A stretch of 64,000 nucleotides of DNA from the human T2T-CHM13v2.0 reference genome, Homo sapiens, in assembly GCF_009914755.1 (NCBI RefSeq), contig NC_060925.1, one strand, 5' to 3'. Every line of letters begins with the position of its first letter. The stretch's first letter is position 1. This document shows, in pieces, positions 13,313-24,484 of this stretch. Both the position numbers and the translations under genes were made by a program. A model generated the notes under the pieces. The model searched no databases and had not been told where the DNA came from. It saw nothing but the letters and a program-made list of their open reading frames with translations.

Positions 13313-14554
13313 AGCTTGGGCATATGGTGCTGCAAGAACTGGCTCCAGGGCCCTTATGCTGGCTGCCCTCACAGCTCCCAGCCTGGTGACAGGATCTACC
13401 CTGAACTGAGAATGGCCATCTCTCAATATGAGCCAGTGGCTGAAATTGGTGTGAGTGCCCATGGGTCGGTGTACAAGGACTGTGATCCCCACAGTGGTCA
13501 CTTTGTGGCCCTCAAGTTCCTAATGGAAACTCTCAAAAGAGTTCCACTCCCATAATACGATCACCTCTGCTCTCATTAGAGTTCCCATTAGAAATCACTC
13601 CCATAATACAATCACCTCCCACCAGGTCCCTCCTTCAACACATGGGGATTAAAATTTGACATGAGATTTGGGTGGGGACACAGAGCCAAATCATATCATC
13701 AGCTGAGGCCATCAAGGATCTGATGCACAAGTTTCGAAGAGGCCTAGATTTTCTTCATGCCCATTGCATTGTTCACTGATATCTGAGGCCAGAGAACATT
13801 CTAGTGACAAGTGGTGGGACAGTCAAGCTGGCTGAATTGGTCTGGCCAGCATCTATAGCTACCAGATGGCGTTGACACCTGTGGTTGTTACACTCTTGTA
13901 CTGTGCTCACGAGGTTCTTCTGCAATCTACACAGGCAACATCTGTGGACATGTGAAGTGTGTCTTTGCAGAGATGTTTCCTCAAAAGCCTCTCTTCTGTG
14001 GAAGCTCTAAAGCCAACTAGTTGGGCAAAATCTTTAACCTGATTGGGCTGCCTCTATAGGATGACTGGCCCTAAGATGTGTCTCTACCCCATGTAACATT
14101 TCTCCACAGAGGGCCTCACCCAGTGCAGTCGGTGGTGCCTGAGAGGGAGCACAACTACTGCTGGAAATGTTATTTTGTCCTACATAAGCAAATCTATGCC
14201 TTCCCAGCTCTGCAGCACTTTTATTTAGATAAGACTCAGAGTGCGCAATGGAGTGGCTGCCACAGAAGGAATAGAAGCTGCCATTTCCCTTATTCTGCAC
14301 ACCTGAGTGGTGAGAACCCCACTGAAAAGGCAATCACTGCCATCATATCTGAGGCTCTGGAGACACCTCCTGAAACTTTTTACAGAGAATATTTTGCTGC
14401 CTTAATAGTGTTATCCTTCTACCCTTCCATTTGAGGCTTCTCCTTCTCCTGCCACCCTGTTACCTTAGACTAGAGGATATGTCCCCTCTTGTCCCCTTCT
14501 GTACCTTGATATTAGGGTCTTTTCTTATAAGGGAAAAATCAAACAAAACAAAGA
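13313..14554 (+). pseudogene. CDK4P1: Processed CDK4 pseudogene (probably CDK4P1)
   Basis: The CDK4 5' UTR leads into ATG at 13412 and [35 protein letters not shown] (cf. [35 protein letters not shown]). Homology resumes at 13699 (IKDLM...GLDFLHA), is intronless and runs through the 3' UTR to an A-rich tail. HRD reads cac-tga-tat and DFG is frameshifted. TSD-like aaaaat(c)aattta at 13301 and 14555. CDK4 origin is clear; the P1 symbol is inferred. Confidence 0.93.
13596..13698 (-). mobile_element. THE1D/MSTA (ERVL-MaLR) LTR 5' fragment inside the CDK4 pseudogene
   Basis: Reverse complement reads tgatatgatttggctctgtgtccccacccaaatctcatgtcaaattttaatccccatgtgttgaaggagggacctggtgggaggtgattg, the MaLR LTR start. 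Confidence 0.9.
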
Positions 14555-15269
14555 AAAAATCAATTTAACCATTTTTATTTCTCCTGCTAATAGGTTTAAA
14601 GTGCTAGTAGTCCTTGCAAAAACTGCATTTTGATTCTGGTATAATTTGTGAATCCCTGGTGTTTGAATTTGCAAATTTTCAGTTTATAGTTCCTATGATT
14701 ATGGTATTGCACTTTGCATATGCACATAGAAAGCAGAAGTCAACCCACAGAACTTGAGGATTAAATGAAAGTTTTTTTAATGATATTCATAAGTGATTGT
14801 GTTAAAATTATCTTCTAGGGGAAAAATGAATTATAACATTCATTTTCCGGTTATTTCTTGTACTCTCAAGCATGACAGTGTAAAATTGTTCAAATAGGAT
14901 TGATTTTATATGTGATCCAGTTTAATTCCATTGGAGACATGTTGAATTTAAAATATTAGGTAGTAAAGACAGTAAAGTACTGAATTTATTTAGTTTGCTA
15001 ATGCTGAAGCAGGGCTCTACTGGATAGATGTAGAGAAAAGATGAGATTCATCTACCCAAGCAGTACCAATAAAAAAGCTGCAGTGGTTCAATTATGAGAA
15101 AAAAAGGTGAATTTCTTTCTTAGTCTACATTCACATTAAATCAATTAAAAATACTTGAACATTTAAATAAATGTAATTTGATTATTGAGTTTAAGTGTGA
15201 CTTTTCTGGGATATTTAATAGATGTTTCTTTTCTAATGCAAGTGATTAGACTCCCATCTCTTCATAAGC

Positions 15270-15430
15270 AGAACCACAAAAGCTTAGAGCTGAAAGACAT
15301 ATGTAAGGTCATCTAAAATGATTGTTTTTCAGAAGGAGTCATTAACATTTATAAGATTAATTGACTTTCACACAGTCTCATGCCTAAATGGTGGCAAAGC
15401 TGCAGCAATAACCTAGGTAATGTTATTTCT
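15270..15430 (-). mobile_element. MIR/MIR3 remnant
   Basis: agagctgaaagacatatgtaaggtcatcta...ttaattgactttcacacagtctca...ggtggcaaagctg. Confidence 0.5.
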
Positions 15431-16051
15431 AGAATTTGAGATTGTATTTTCAAAGTTTTAAATTAAAATAATGTTTTTATTACAAAATAACTGAGATGAC
15501 TTATTGTAAATTGCTTTAGATATCATAGGGCATGATAATAATTCATTTATTATCACTATAACTTACAACATTAATCTCATATCAAATGAAAAGTTTTCAT
15601 GTAAGTATTAAAGAGAATATATTTGGTGTTTATTTGCAGAAAGATAATTATACCTGGAGAATACCAATTGGGCTAATTGTTACAAAGCTGAAATTGTGAG
15701 TTTAGTATAGTTACTTAACAAAAATCCTGCAAAAAGTAATAGGGCCTAACTTAAGCAGTGGGAAAAAAAAGAAGTATGTTGATAAGAATATTTTAAGAAA
15801 TTAGAATTGTAGCATCTAGGAATGTTTAAATATTATGGATAAATAGAAAGTTATAGACGATTCTCAACAAGTGAATCAGAATGGAGAATGAAGGAGGATA
15901 ATTTTTGAAGACACCAAAATGACGAGTTTAAACCTGTTGATTTTCAGGTACTTGTGGCATACCCCTTTAATCAGTTATTTATGATTTTTAATGTTTAGAT
16001 AATACAGCAGACATATGATCTGGGTTTTATATATAAACTTTGATGTTATCA

Positions 16052-17641
16052 TGATGGCAATAGCAGCCTATCTGGAGTGCCATGAGGCGGGCTGCAGTGG
16101 GAGAGGCATGGCTTGGGCTGTGCACTCCACAGAGAAGGCAGGAGCCAAGAACAGGTAGAAGCCCTGCCGTCTTTCAAGTTGTAAAGCCAGAAGCCACATC
16201 CTCTCGGGCACAGTGCAGCCACCAAGCCGCAGCTGCAGACCCTGGCATCTCTGCACTCTTGAGGGCCTGGGAACGCCTCTAACCCCCACAGGCTTGGAAG
16301 TGCCTCCTTCCACTGCCTGGCCTCTCCCTGTTCCCAGGGCCAGCTCCAATTTTAGAGCAAAGTTGTTACTGACCCAGAGTGCTGTCATGACCTGGCCAGG
16401 TGTGCACATGCTTGGGGCAGCACTGACACACCAGTCCCCTGCTGCCTCAGTCTCCTCTGGACTTTGGGCACCGGCAAGCATGGGAGGGAGGCCAAGGGGG
16501 CGCTAAGGGCAGCTCTGTGCAGGCCTGCAGGCACCTCTCAGCAGAAACAGCCTGGGTGCAGTGGGCACTGTGGATGGCAGGATAATGATGTCAGAAGGCA
16601 GACAGGCTCCTGGGTAGAAAGGGTCAGGTCTCCAGTGAAACTCCACCTTCAGGCCAGGAACAGCCTGAGGCCTTGGGGCTGGGCTGCCAGCTCCATGGAC
16701 CAGAGTGAGAAAATATCGTGCTTTTTCTGGGTGTCCATGATCCAATCAGCATGCACTTCCTCCCCTGTGAAGCCCATAAAAGCCCAGACTCAGCCAGACT
16801 TGGGCAGAAAATGGGATGACCTGCCTGTGGATAGGAGCTACCCACTCCTTGGTCACTGGTCTCCTCTCTGCTGAGAGCTGGACACTTGTCAGAATGACCT
16901 GCATGCAGAAAGGAGCTACTCACTGCAGTTCTCCTCTGCCCGGTTCTGTTGTTGAATAAAGCACCTCTTCACCTTGTGGGTCTCCTCTGCCCTGTTCTGT
17001 CACTCAATAAAGCACCTAATTATTCCTGGACATGGGACAAGAGCTTGGAGCCTGCTGAATGACAGGGCTGAAAGAGCTGTAACACAAACAGGGCTGAAAC
17101 AAGCCCCTTGCTCGCCATATTGTGGCAACAAGAAGGAGAGAAGAGAGAAAGATAGAAGAGCTATGGCCCTTCAGGGAGCCCCGACCTGGAAACTCCCTGA
17201 GCCAGGGCTGTAACACCCTCTTTGGGGCTCTGCAGTTCCTGGTACCTCCAAGTTTCCAGGTGCCACCACATTCCCTAGTGCCAGCTGTGGAAACCACTAG
17301 CAATACACCTACTCCAGCTGAAGCCTCACAGGCAGCTGGCACCCATACTGGCACCTGGAGTTGCCCATGCCAGTGCCTTGAGCTGCCTGCTCTGCCACAT
17401 CCAGTGTTCCTGACTGTGTGCAGTGGCCAGACCCCCCACTTGCTCACTTGCTCATACACCCCTCACTGCTGCTCACCTGGCTTACCTTTGGCAGGCATTG
17501 GATCCAGACTGGCAGCATGTGCAGAGCACAGCCTGCCAGGTCAAGTTGGCGAAATGAGCCCAGTGGGCCCAAGTAAAACTCAGGAAAAGGTGCCACAGAG
17601 GTTTCTGGCTGGAAAAGTGACACACCAAGGATCCTGTGACA
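16052..17641 (+). mobile_element. MER52 (MER52A-like) ERV1 solo LTR, ~1.6 kb
   Basis: Starts tgatggcaatagcagcctatctggag and ends gtgacacaccaaggatcctgtgaca; 4-bp TSD atca (16048-16051, 17642-17645); GC-rich island in an AT-rich background; AATAAA at 16955 and 17006. Confidence 0.9.
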
Positions 17642-17877
17642 ATCACTGTTTCACAAGACTGAGTATATAGAGAGGCTTTGTTTGTGAAGAAAACACAAGG
17701 AATCCTAGGAATTATCAAATAGATGGAACCTGAGAAAACAGAAAGGAGACTGAGATTAAAAAGAAACAAAGATACAGAAGAAAATTCAGAGAGCCAAGAT
17801 GGTACAAATGTTTTAAGTAGTAATGTGTTTCCCCATTATCAATAGGCAGGAAAGATGAAGAATAAGAGAAAATGAGT

Positions 17878-18184
17878 GACCTGGGGTGATGGCTCATGCC
17901 TGTAATCCCAGCATTTTGGGAGGCAGAGGCAGGTGGATCACATGAGGTCAGGAGTTCGAGATCAGCCTGGCCAACATGGTGAAACACCATCTCTATGAAA
18001 AATAAAAAAAACTAGCTGGGTGTGGTGGCATGTGCCTGTAGTTCCAGCTTCTCAGGAGGCTGAGGCATGAGAGTTGCTTGAATCCAGGAGGCGGAGGTTG
18101 CAGTGAGCCAAGATTGCACCACTGCACTCCAGCCTTGGCTACAGAGTGAGACTCCATCTCAAAAAAAAAAAAAAAGAAAAAAAA
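17878..18184 (+). mobile_element. Alu (AluSx/Sz-like)
   Basis: Full dimer with A tail; TSD agaaaat(g/t)agt at 17867 and 18185. Confidence 0.96.
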
Positions 18185-19311
18185 AGAAAATTAGTAATAG
18201 TTTCTTACTATCTCTAAAATTATATTAATAGGAGATGACAGTTTGGTGTTTTTTTATTATTTTTTATATTTATTTAACATCACTGAAGATTTAGAGATTT
18301 TAATGTGAGTCTCTGATTCCTAATGTGATAGCAATTCCTCTGTATTCTGTATACTTGAAGCAAATACTTTTAATAGCTATCAGACTACAGAATAGATTAT
18401 GGAGAAAATATTAGCTTGAGGATTTATTTTCCTGACACTACAACATTTTAACAAATGTTAAGAGAACTTCAGTTTTGATTTCATATTTTAAAACAATGGC
18501 CGTTCTATAACTAGCTTTATGTTAAATGATTTGTATAAGAGGAAATGTTTTCACTTTCAGAATATGTGTTTAATTATCTGAAGTTCTGAACCGCATGAAT
18601 AACAATTTATAAATATGAGAGTAAGGGAAATTTGTTCATAAACATTGTATTTATAACAAATAATAATTTTATGTGTTTTACGTGAGTCACTAAAATGTTT
18701 AATAACATTGTGTCTGTTGTAAATGTATTAACTTTTTACAATTAGAATGTAAAATAGATATTTCTTCTTGTATACAAATGTATCAGTGTATAAAATAGCC
18801 CCCTGTTTCTTAATAGTATCTGCAGCTTTCCTGAATTCTATTGATATCTACCAATACATTTTAGTAAATTAAAAAGTATTTAAGTTAAGTGTGATCAAAA
18901 CAAACTAGTAATAATTTATAGGTTTAAAGTTCTCACTACTTATAATGTTGTCTCAACATTTAGTACTTTTAATCATAGAAATATGTAGTGAGAAAAATTT
19001 AAGATGTTTCACAATATTGTTGGCATATGAACCACATATCTGAAGTCATTACAAAATAGCCTTTTAATTGAATACAAATAATTTACCAAAACAGTTCCCT
19101 AGAATCAGCTCTTATTTATCATATTGCCTTGCAATTATTAGCTTAAAGATTTCCAAAATAGGAGTATTTTGAAATGTCTAATTAAAAGTTGCAATCTAAT
19201 CTACATTATTCACTGCAATTAACATTGTTCCAATAATTTACTATCTTCCTTACTAGCAAGAATACTAAGTAATTTATTAATCATATTCAAAACACAAAAT
19301 TCCTTGGTAAC

Positions 19312-19770
19312 TGTCAAGGATTAATATTAAACATTATGCTGAGTGTGTTTGTGAGGGTGTTTCTGGTTGAGATTAACATTTGATTTTGTAGAATGAGTAA
19401 AGCAAATTGCCCTACCCAATGTGTGTGACCCTTGTTTAATTTAATAAAGGACTAGAAAAAAAAAGTTGAGAGAGAATTCACTTTCTCTGCTAGATGGTCT
19501 TGAACTAGAATATTGGTCTTCTCCTACCTATGGACTTGGACTACAACTTACACTGTCAACTCTCCTAGTTCCCAGATCTTCAAACTCAGACTGGAGCTAT
19601 AAATACTGGCTCTTCTTGGTCCCAGATTACCAAATTAGATCTTGGGAATTCTTAGACTATCACATGAGTCAATTACTTGTAATAAATTATATATATATAT
19701 CTATATATATCTATCTATATCAATATATCTCCTTTTAGTTTGGTTTCTTTGGAGAATCCAAACGGATATA
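19312..19770 (+). mobile_element. MLT2 (MLT2C/D-like) 5' LTR of ERVL provirus
   Basis: aaacattatgctgagtgtgtttgtgagggtgtttctggttgagattaacatttg...aataaa-(TA)n...tttctttggagaatccaaacggatata, immediately followed by the ERVL leader gattttggtacc. Confidence 0.85.
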
Positions 19771-22700
19771 GATTTTGGTACCGAGAGAGCTCCCAGAGGA
19801 AAAGAATTTTAAGTATGAGTTTTCCAAATTTGCTTTGGTTTCATGGAATTGGCTTCTTAATATGATTAGACTTAAATATGCTAATAATTATTTCCAGTAC
19901 AAAAGAGAGCACTGATAGTCCATGGTGTAATCTGGCAATAGAGATATACAAAATAATTTTATTGGATACTCCTAGTAAACCACTTATAAAAAGCTGGGAG
20001 CTGGGTTGCTGTCAACATTTTTGGAAAACTAGTGAATATAATGAGGTTGGCTGGTTTCTCCTAATGTCACTGGAAAAAGTGGTAAAAGATAAAGATGAGC
20101 TCAGGAATTTGAATTTTTAGCTCAAGTGATGCATAAATAACTGGAAAGCTTCTATGTGTGTTGTGAAGGAAACTATTATTGCCTGTAGCTGAAGGCTAAG
20201 ACGCTGAAAATAAAACACAAGTTTTCCTTCTGCAACTGGCTAAAATACATAACAAGTTGAGTTCTCAGATTCACAAGTGAGTGCATTGATTGGTAAAGAA
20301 TAGTGTCCTCCAAGTTAGAAAGGAAATGTTTGGAAAGACACTGGTGAAGCTGCAGACATTGAATCCCTAATTCAATGAGTCTTGTTTGCCAGTAGAAGAG
20401 ACCTCTTCACCCCCAGGGATAGTGGCTTCTCCATTCTCATTTGAGGGGATTAACCCTTCATTGCTTGGGGGAAATATAATGGTTGCTTCTGAGGGCGATT
20501 TTAACCAGACATTGCTGATTCTTCTCAGAACCCACTTCTACTTCCTCTCTTTGCTTCTAGACCAGTAACTGGACTCAAGTCCTAGCAGCCCCCTAAGGTG
20601 TGGTACAAAGTGTGACTTTTGCAGAGGTGTGCTACCCTCCAAAATAATCATTTGAGTTTTCTAACATATATAGTCAAAAATCCAGGGAACTTGTGTAGGA
20701 ACAGAGATACCAAACATGTGGAATACTGAAAGAAACATTAAGTTGGATTAGATAAACTTTTTAATATGGGCTCATGAAGCAGTGATTCTTCATTTAATGT
20801 TGCAGCTCAGGAAGTAAGAAAGGGCTCTATCAGTTTCTTTTGTTTGGTTCGCTGAATGATAGATCAAAATATGGCCCACAGTGAGTGAATTACAAAATCT
20901 GGACCTGCCTTGTTTTAATGTTGAGGAAGGAATTCAAAGGGTTAGGGAGACGAGTGTGTGAGAGTGCATTTAATGTATACAATCTATTCTCTCAGACTGG
21001 GAGGGTCCTGAAGACATACCTTTCACCTCTACTATAGAAATACATTTGTGAGAGCACTGGCATTCTTTAAAAAACTCCATGATCACTCTTCTTTCTAAGT
21101 CAGATCAACAGTTAGGACTGTAGTAACTGTATTGAGAAACCTAAGGGCCATGGGAATAACTGGATCTCAGGTGGCATGGTTGCTGCAACGGACAGCAGAG
21201 TCAAAGCAGCAAACAGTGTAGTGTGACTCATGTAGATGTATGGCTAGTTAATCATGGTGTTTTTAGAAGTAAAATAGTTAGAAAGCCTCCTGAACGCTCA
21301 CTTGATCTACATAAGCAGAAAAGTTCTATGTCAAATGAACAAATTCTAACTTGAAGCATAAAATTAGAGAATCAGAGACTCTAAACCAATTCTAAGACTT
21401 ATGTGAGTTTTCAGACATAGAGCCACCTAAATGAAGGAGAGTCTGCGAACTAGAAACCCATAAGGAAGGGTCGCGGTACACCACTAAAAATTTCATACTG
21501 TTAGTCTTTCTCCCAGCTTTCGCCAAAAGGGCCAATGCCCTTTTATCAGGTTAATTCTTCATTGGGTAAAAGAAAATCATCAGATCTTTCAGGGACTACT
21601 GGACAATAGCTCTAAGCTGATACTAATTCCAGGAGACACAAAACATCAGTGTAGCCCACTAGTCAGAGTAGGGTCTTAAGGAATTCAGGTCATCAACGAA
21701 GTTTTAGCTCAGATCTGTCTTACAGCAGGTCCGGTGGGTCCCTGAACCCATTCTGTGGTTATTTTCCACTTTCTGGAATGCACAATTGCATTAGATATTC
21801 TCAGTACCTGATAGGATTCAAACATTAATTCTTAACCTGTATGTGGGCTCTATAATGATGAGAAAGGCCAAATGGAATATACTTGAAAGCTTATACCTAG
21901 GAAAATAGTAACACAAAAGAAATAACACATTCCTAGGGGGATTTTAGAAATTATTGTCACCATAAAAGGACTTGAAAAATGCAGGAGGGGTGATTCTCAC
22001 TTTTCCCTTCCAGAAGATATCATACTGGCCCAACACATTGATAGCATTAAGCTGATTGATCCTAATAGGCAACTACTCTAGAGTTATTGATAAGACATTT
22101 GTAGCAGAGGATGGAAAATCAATCCTATGAAAATTTAGTGGCCTTCTATCTCACTGAAATTTCCAGACCAGATGTGGGAAGCATGTCAAAATATTATTTT
22201 TTTTTATGGAGTTTGCATCTGGCCCTTCCAACAAACAAAAAATACACACAGCATCTAGTGGGCCTATTTGGATTTTGGAGTCAACAAACTCCTCATTTCA
22301 GTATGTTACTCTGGCTCATTTATTGAATGGACCGAAAAGCTGCTAATTTTGAATAGAACCCAGAACAAAAGAAGGCTCTGTAACAGGTCAGGAGGCTGTG
22401 CAAACTGCGCTGCCATTTGGGCCATATGATCCTGCAGATCCAACCATGCTTGAAGTGTTCAGTTGCAGAGAGAAATACAGTATAAAGACTTTGGCAGCCC
22501 CTATAAGTGAATCATACTGAAGGTACTCAGGATTTTGGAGTAAAGCCATGAAGTCCTCTGTGGGCAACTATTCTGCTTTTGTGAAAGAGTTCTGGGTCTG
22601 CTCCTGGGACTTAACAGAGGCTGAACACTTATCCATAGGCCACCACGTTCCTATGCAACCTGAGCTGCCCTTCTTGAACTAGGTATTATGACCCATAAAG

Positions 22701-24484
22701 CCATAAAATTCGGGGTGCACACTGACATTTCATCATCAGATAGAAGTGGTATATATGTAATTAGGCTCAGCAGGCCTTGAAGGTGTAAATATGTAAGCTA
22801 CATAAAAAAGTGATCCAAACATCCATAGCCACACCCTCCTGCTATGTTACACTTTTCTCCCCAGTCTGCACCTATGGGCTCATGGAGAATGCTTTACAGT
22901 TGGATGACAGAAGAAAAGAAGATTTAGGCCTGGTTTACAGATGGCTCTGCATGATATTCAAGCACTACATAAAAATAATCAGTTGCACCACTGCAGCTCT
23001 TTTTTGGGATATTCCTGAAAAATAATGATGAGCTAAAATCCTCTGAGTGGGCAGAACTTTCAGCATGGCACCTGGTTGTTGACTTTGTTTGTAAAGAGCC
23101 CGGCCAAATGTAATTATATGCCAATTCATGGTCTGTGACTGGCAATAGTTGGCTGAATAGTTGGACTTGGAAGGGACATGATGGAAAAATTGTTGACAAG
23201 CAAATTCAGGGAAGAGATATAAATGGGCAAAAGCTATAATAAAAAAAATTCACATTTCATGGGAATCCCTCACCCATGTGAATTCCCACATGAATGTTCA
23301 GGAAAGAGTGACCGTAGCAGAGGGAGACTTTAATAATCAGGTAGATAGGATGACCTGTTATATGAATACCAGTCAGTCTCTTTCCCTAGGCTCTCTTGTA
23401 ATTTCCCAGTGAGTTCATGAACAAACAGGCAATGTTGGCAGGTATGAAGGTTATATATGGGCTCAGCAACATGGATTTTTACTCACCAAGGTTGAGCTTG
23501 CCACAGCTACTTCTAAGTGCTCAATCTGCCAGCAGCAGAGAGCAACACTGAGCCCTGATATGATGCAATTACATGGGGTAATCAGCCAGGTGCCTAGTGG
23601 TGGGTTGCTTCCATCATACTGGACTGCTTCCATCATAGAAAGTATTTTTTTTTTACTGGAATATATACCTTGGCACAGATTTATCTGCCTTGCACACTAT
23701 GTTTCTGTCAACACTATCAGTCATGGACTTAGAGAATGTCATGTCCACCATTGTGCTATTCCCCACTGCATTGCTTCTGACCAAGGAACTCATTTTACAG
23801 CAAATAGAGTGCAGCAATGGGCTCATGTTTATAGAATTCACTGGTTTTTAGAATGTTCCATAGCATCCTGAAGCATATGACAATACAATGGTAAAATGAC
23901 CTTTTGAAGACACAGTTACAATATCATCTAATGTCAATATCTTACAGGACTGGAACAAGGTTCTCCAGAAGGCTGTACATGCTCTGAGGCAGCCCCTGAT
24001 ATAGAGTGCTGTTTCCCCCATGACTAGGATTTATGTGCATGGCACCCTCACCACACACTGTTAACTCTAGTAACATGCTAGCAACATTTTTGCTGTCTGT
24101 TCCTGTGACTTTATGCTTTGTTGGCCTAGAGATCTTTTTCCAAAGGGAGAAGTACTTCCTTAAGGAGACAACACAATTATTCCATTGAACTGAAAGTTAA
24201 GATTGCTGCCCGGTCACTTTGGACCCCTCGTATCTCTGAATCAATGGGCTAAGAAGGGAGTTACTGTAGTGGCTGGGGTAATTAATACTGACTACTAAGG
24301 CGAAATTCCACAATAAAGGTAAGGAATTCAACAATAAAGGTAAAGAAGACTGTGTTGGAATACAGAAGATCCCTTAGGGTATCACTTAGTATTACCATTC
24401 TCATGATTCAGATTAAGGAAAACTGACTATTAATTAACTAACCATTGAGAAATAAAATGGGTAATCCCATCAGGCAAAGAACCA
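19771..24484 (+). mobile_element. ERVL internal region (decayed gag, protease, RT/RNase H, integrase, dUTPase); 3' end and 3' LTR missing
   Basis: Leu-type PBS-like tggtaccgagag at 19776; protease-like FQGLLDNSSKLILIP ~21587; RT-like PEDIILAQHIDSI ~22009 with an upstream deletion; integrase CxxC ~23518 and IASDQGTHF ~23770; dUTPase-like segment 24150-24310. All frames are broken. Confidence 0.9.

Noticed and set aside
14034-14434. ORFs of 99 and 118 aa
   Set aside because: They are antisense or partly in-frame readings of the decayed CDK4 C-lobe and 3' UTR; catalytic motifs upstream are destroyed.
16068-17769. Dense overlapping 60-180 aa ORFs on both strands
   Set aside because: Almost entirely within the GC-rich MER52 LTR; stop-codon scarcity explains them and none resembles a known protein.
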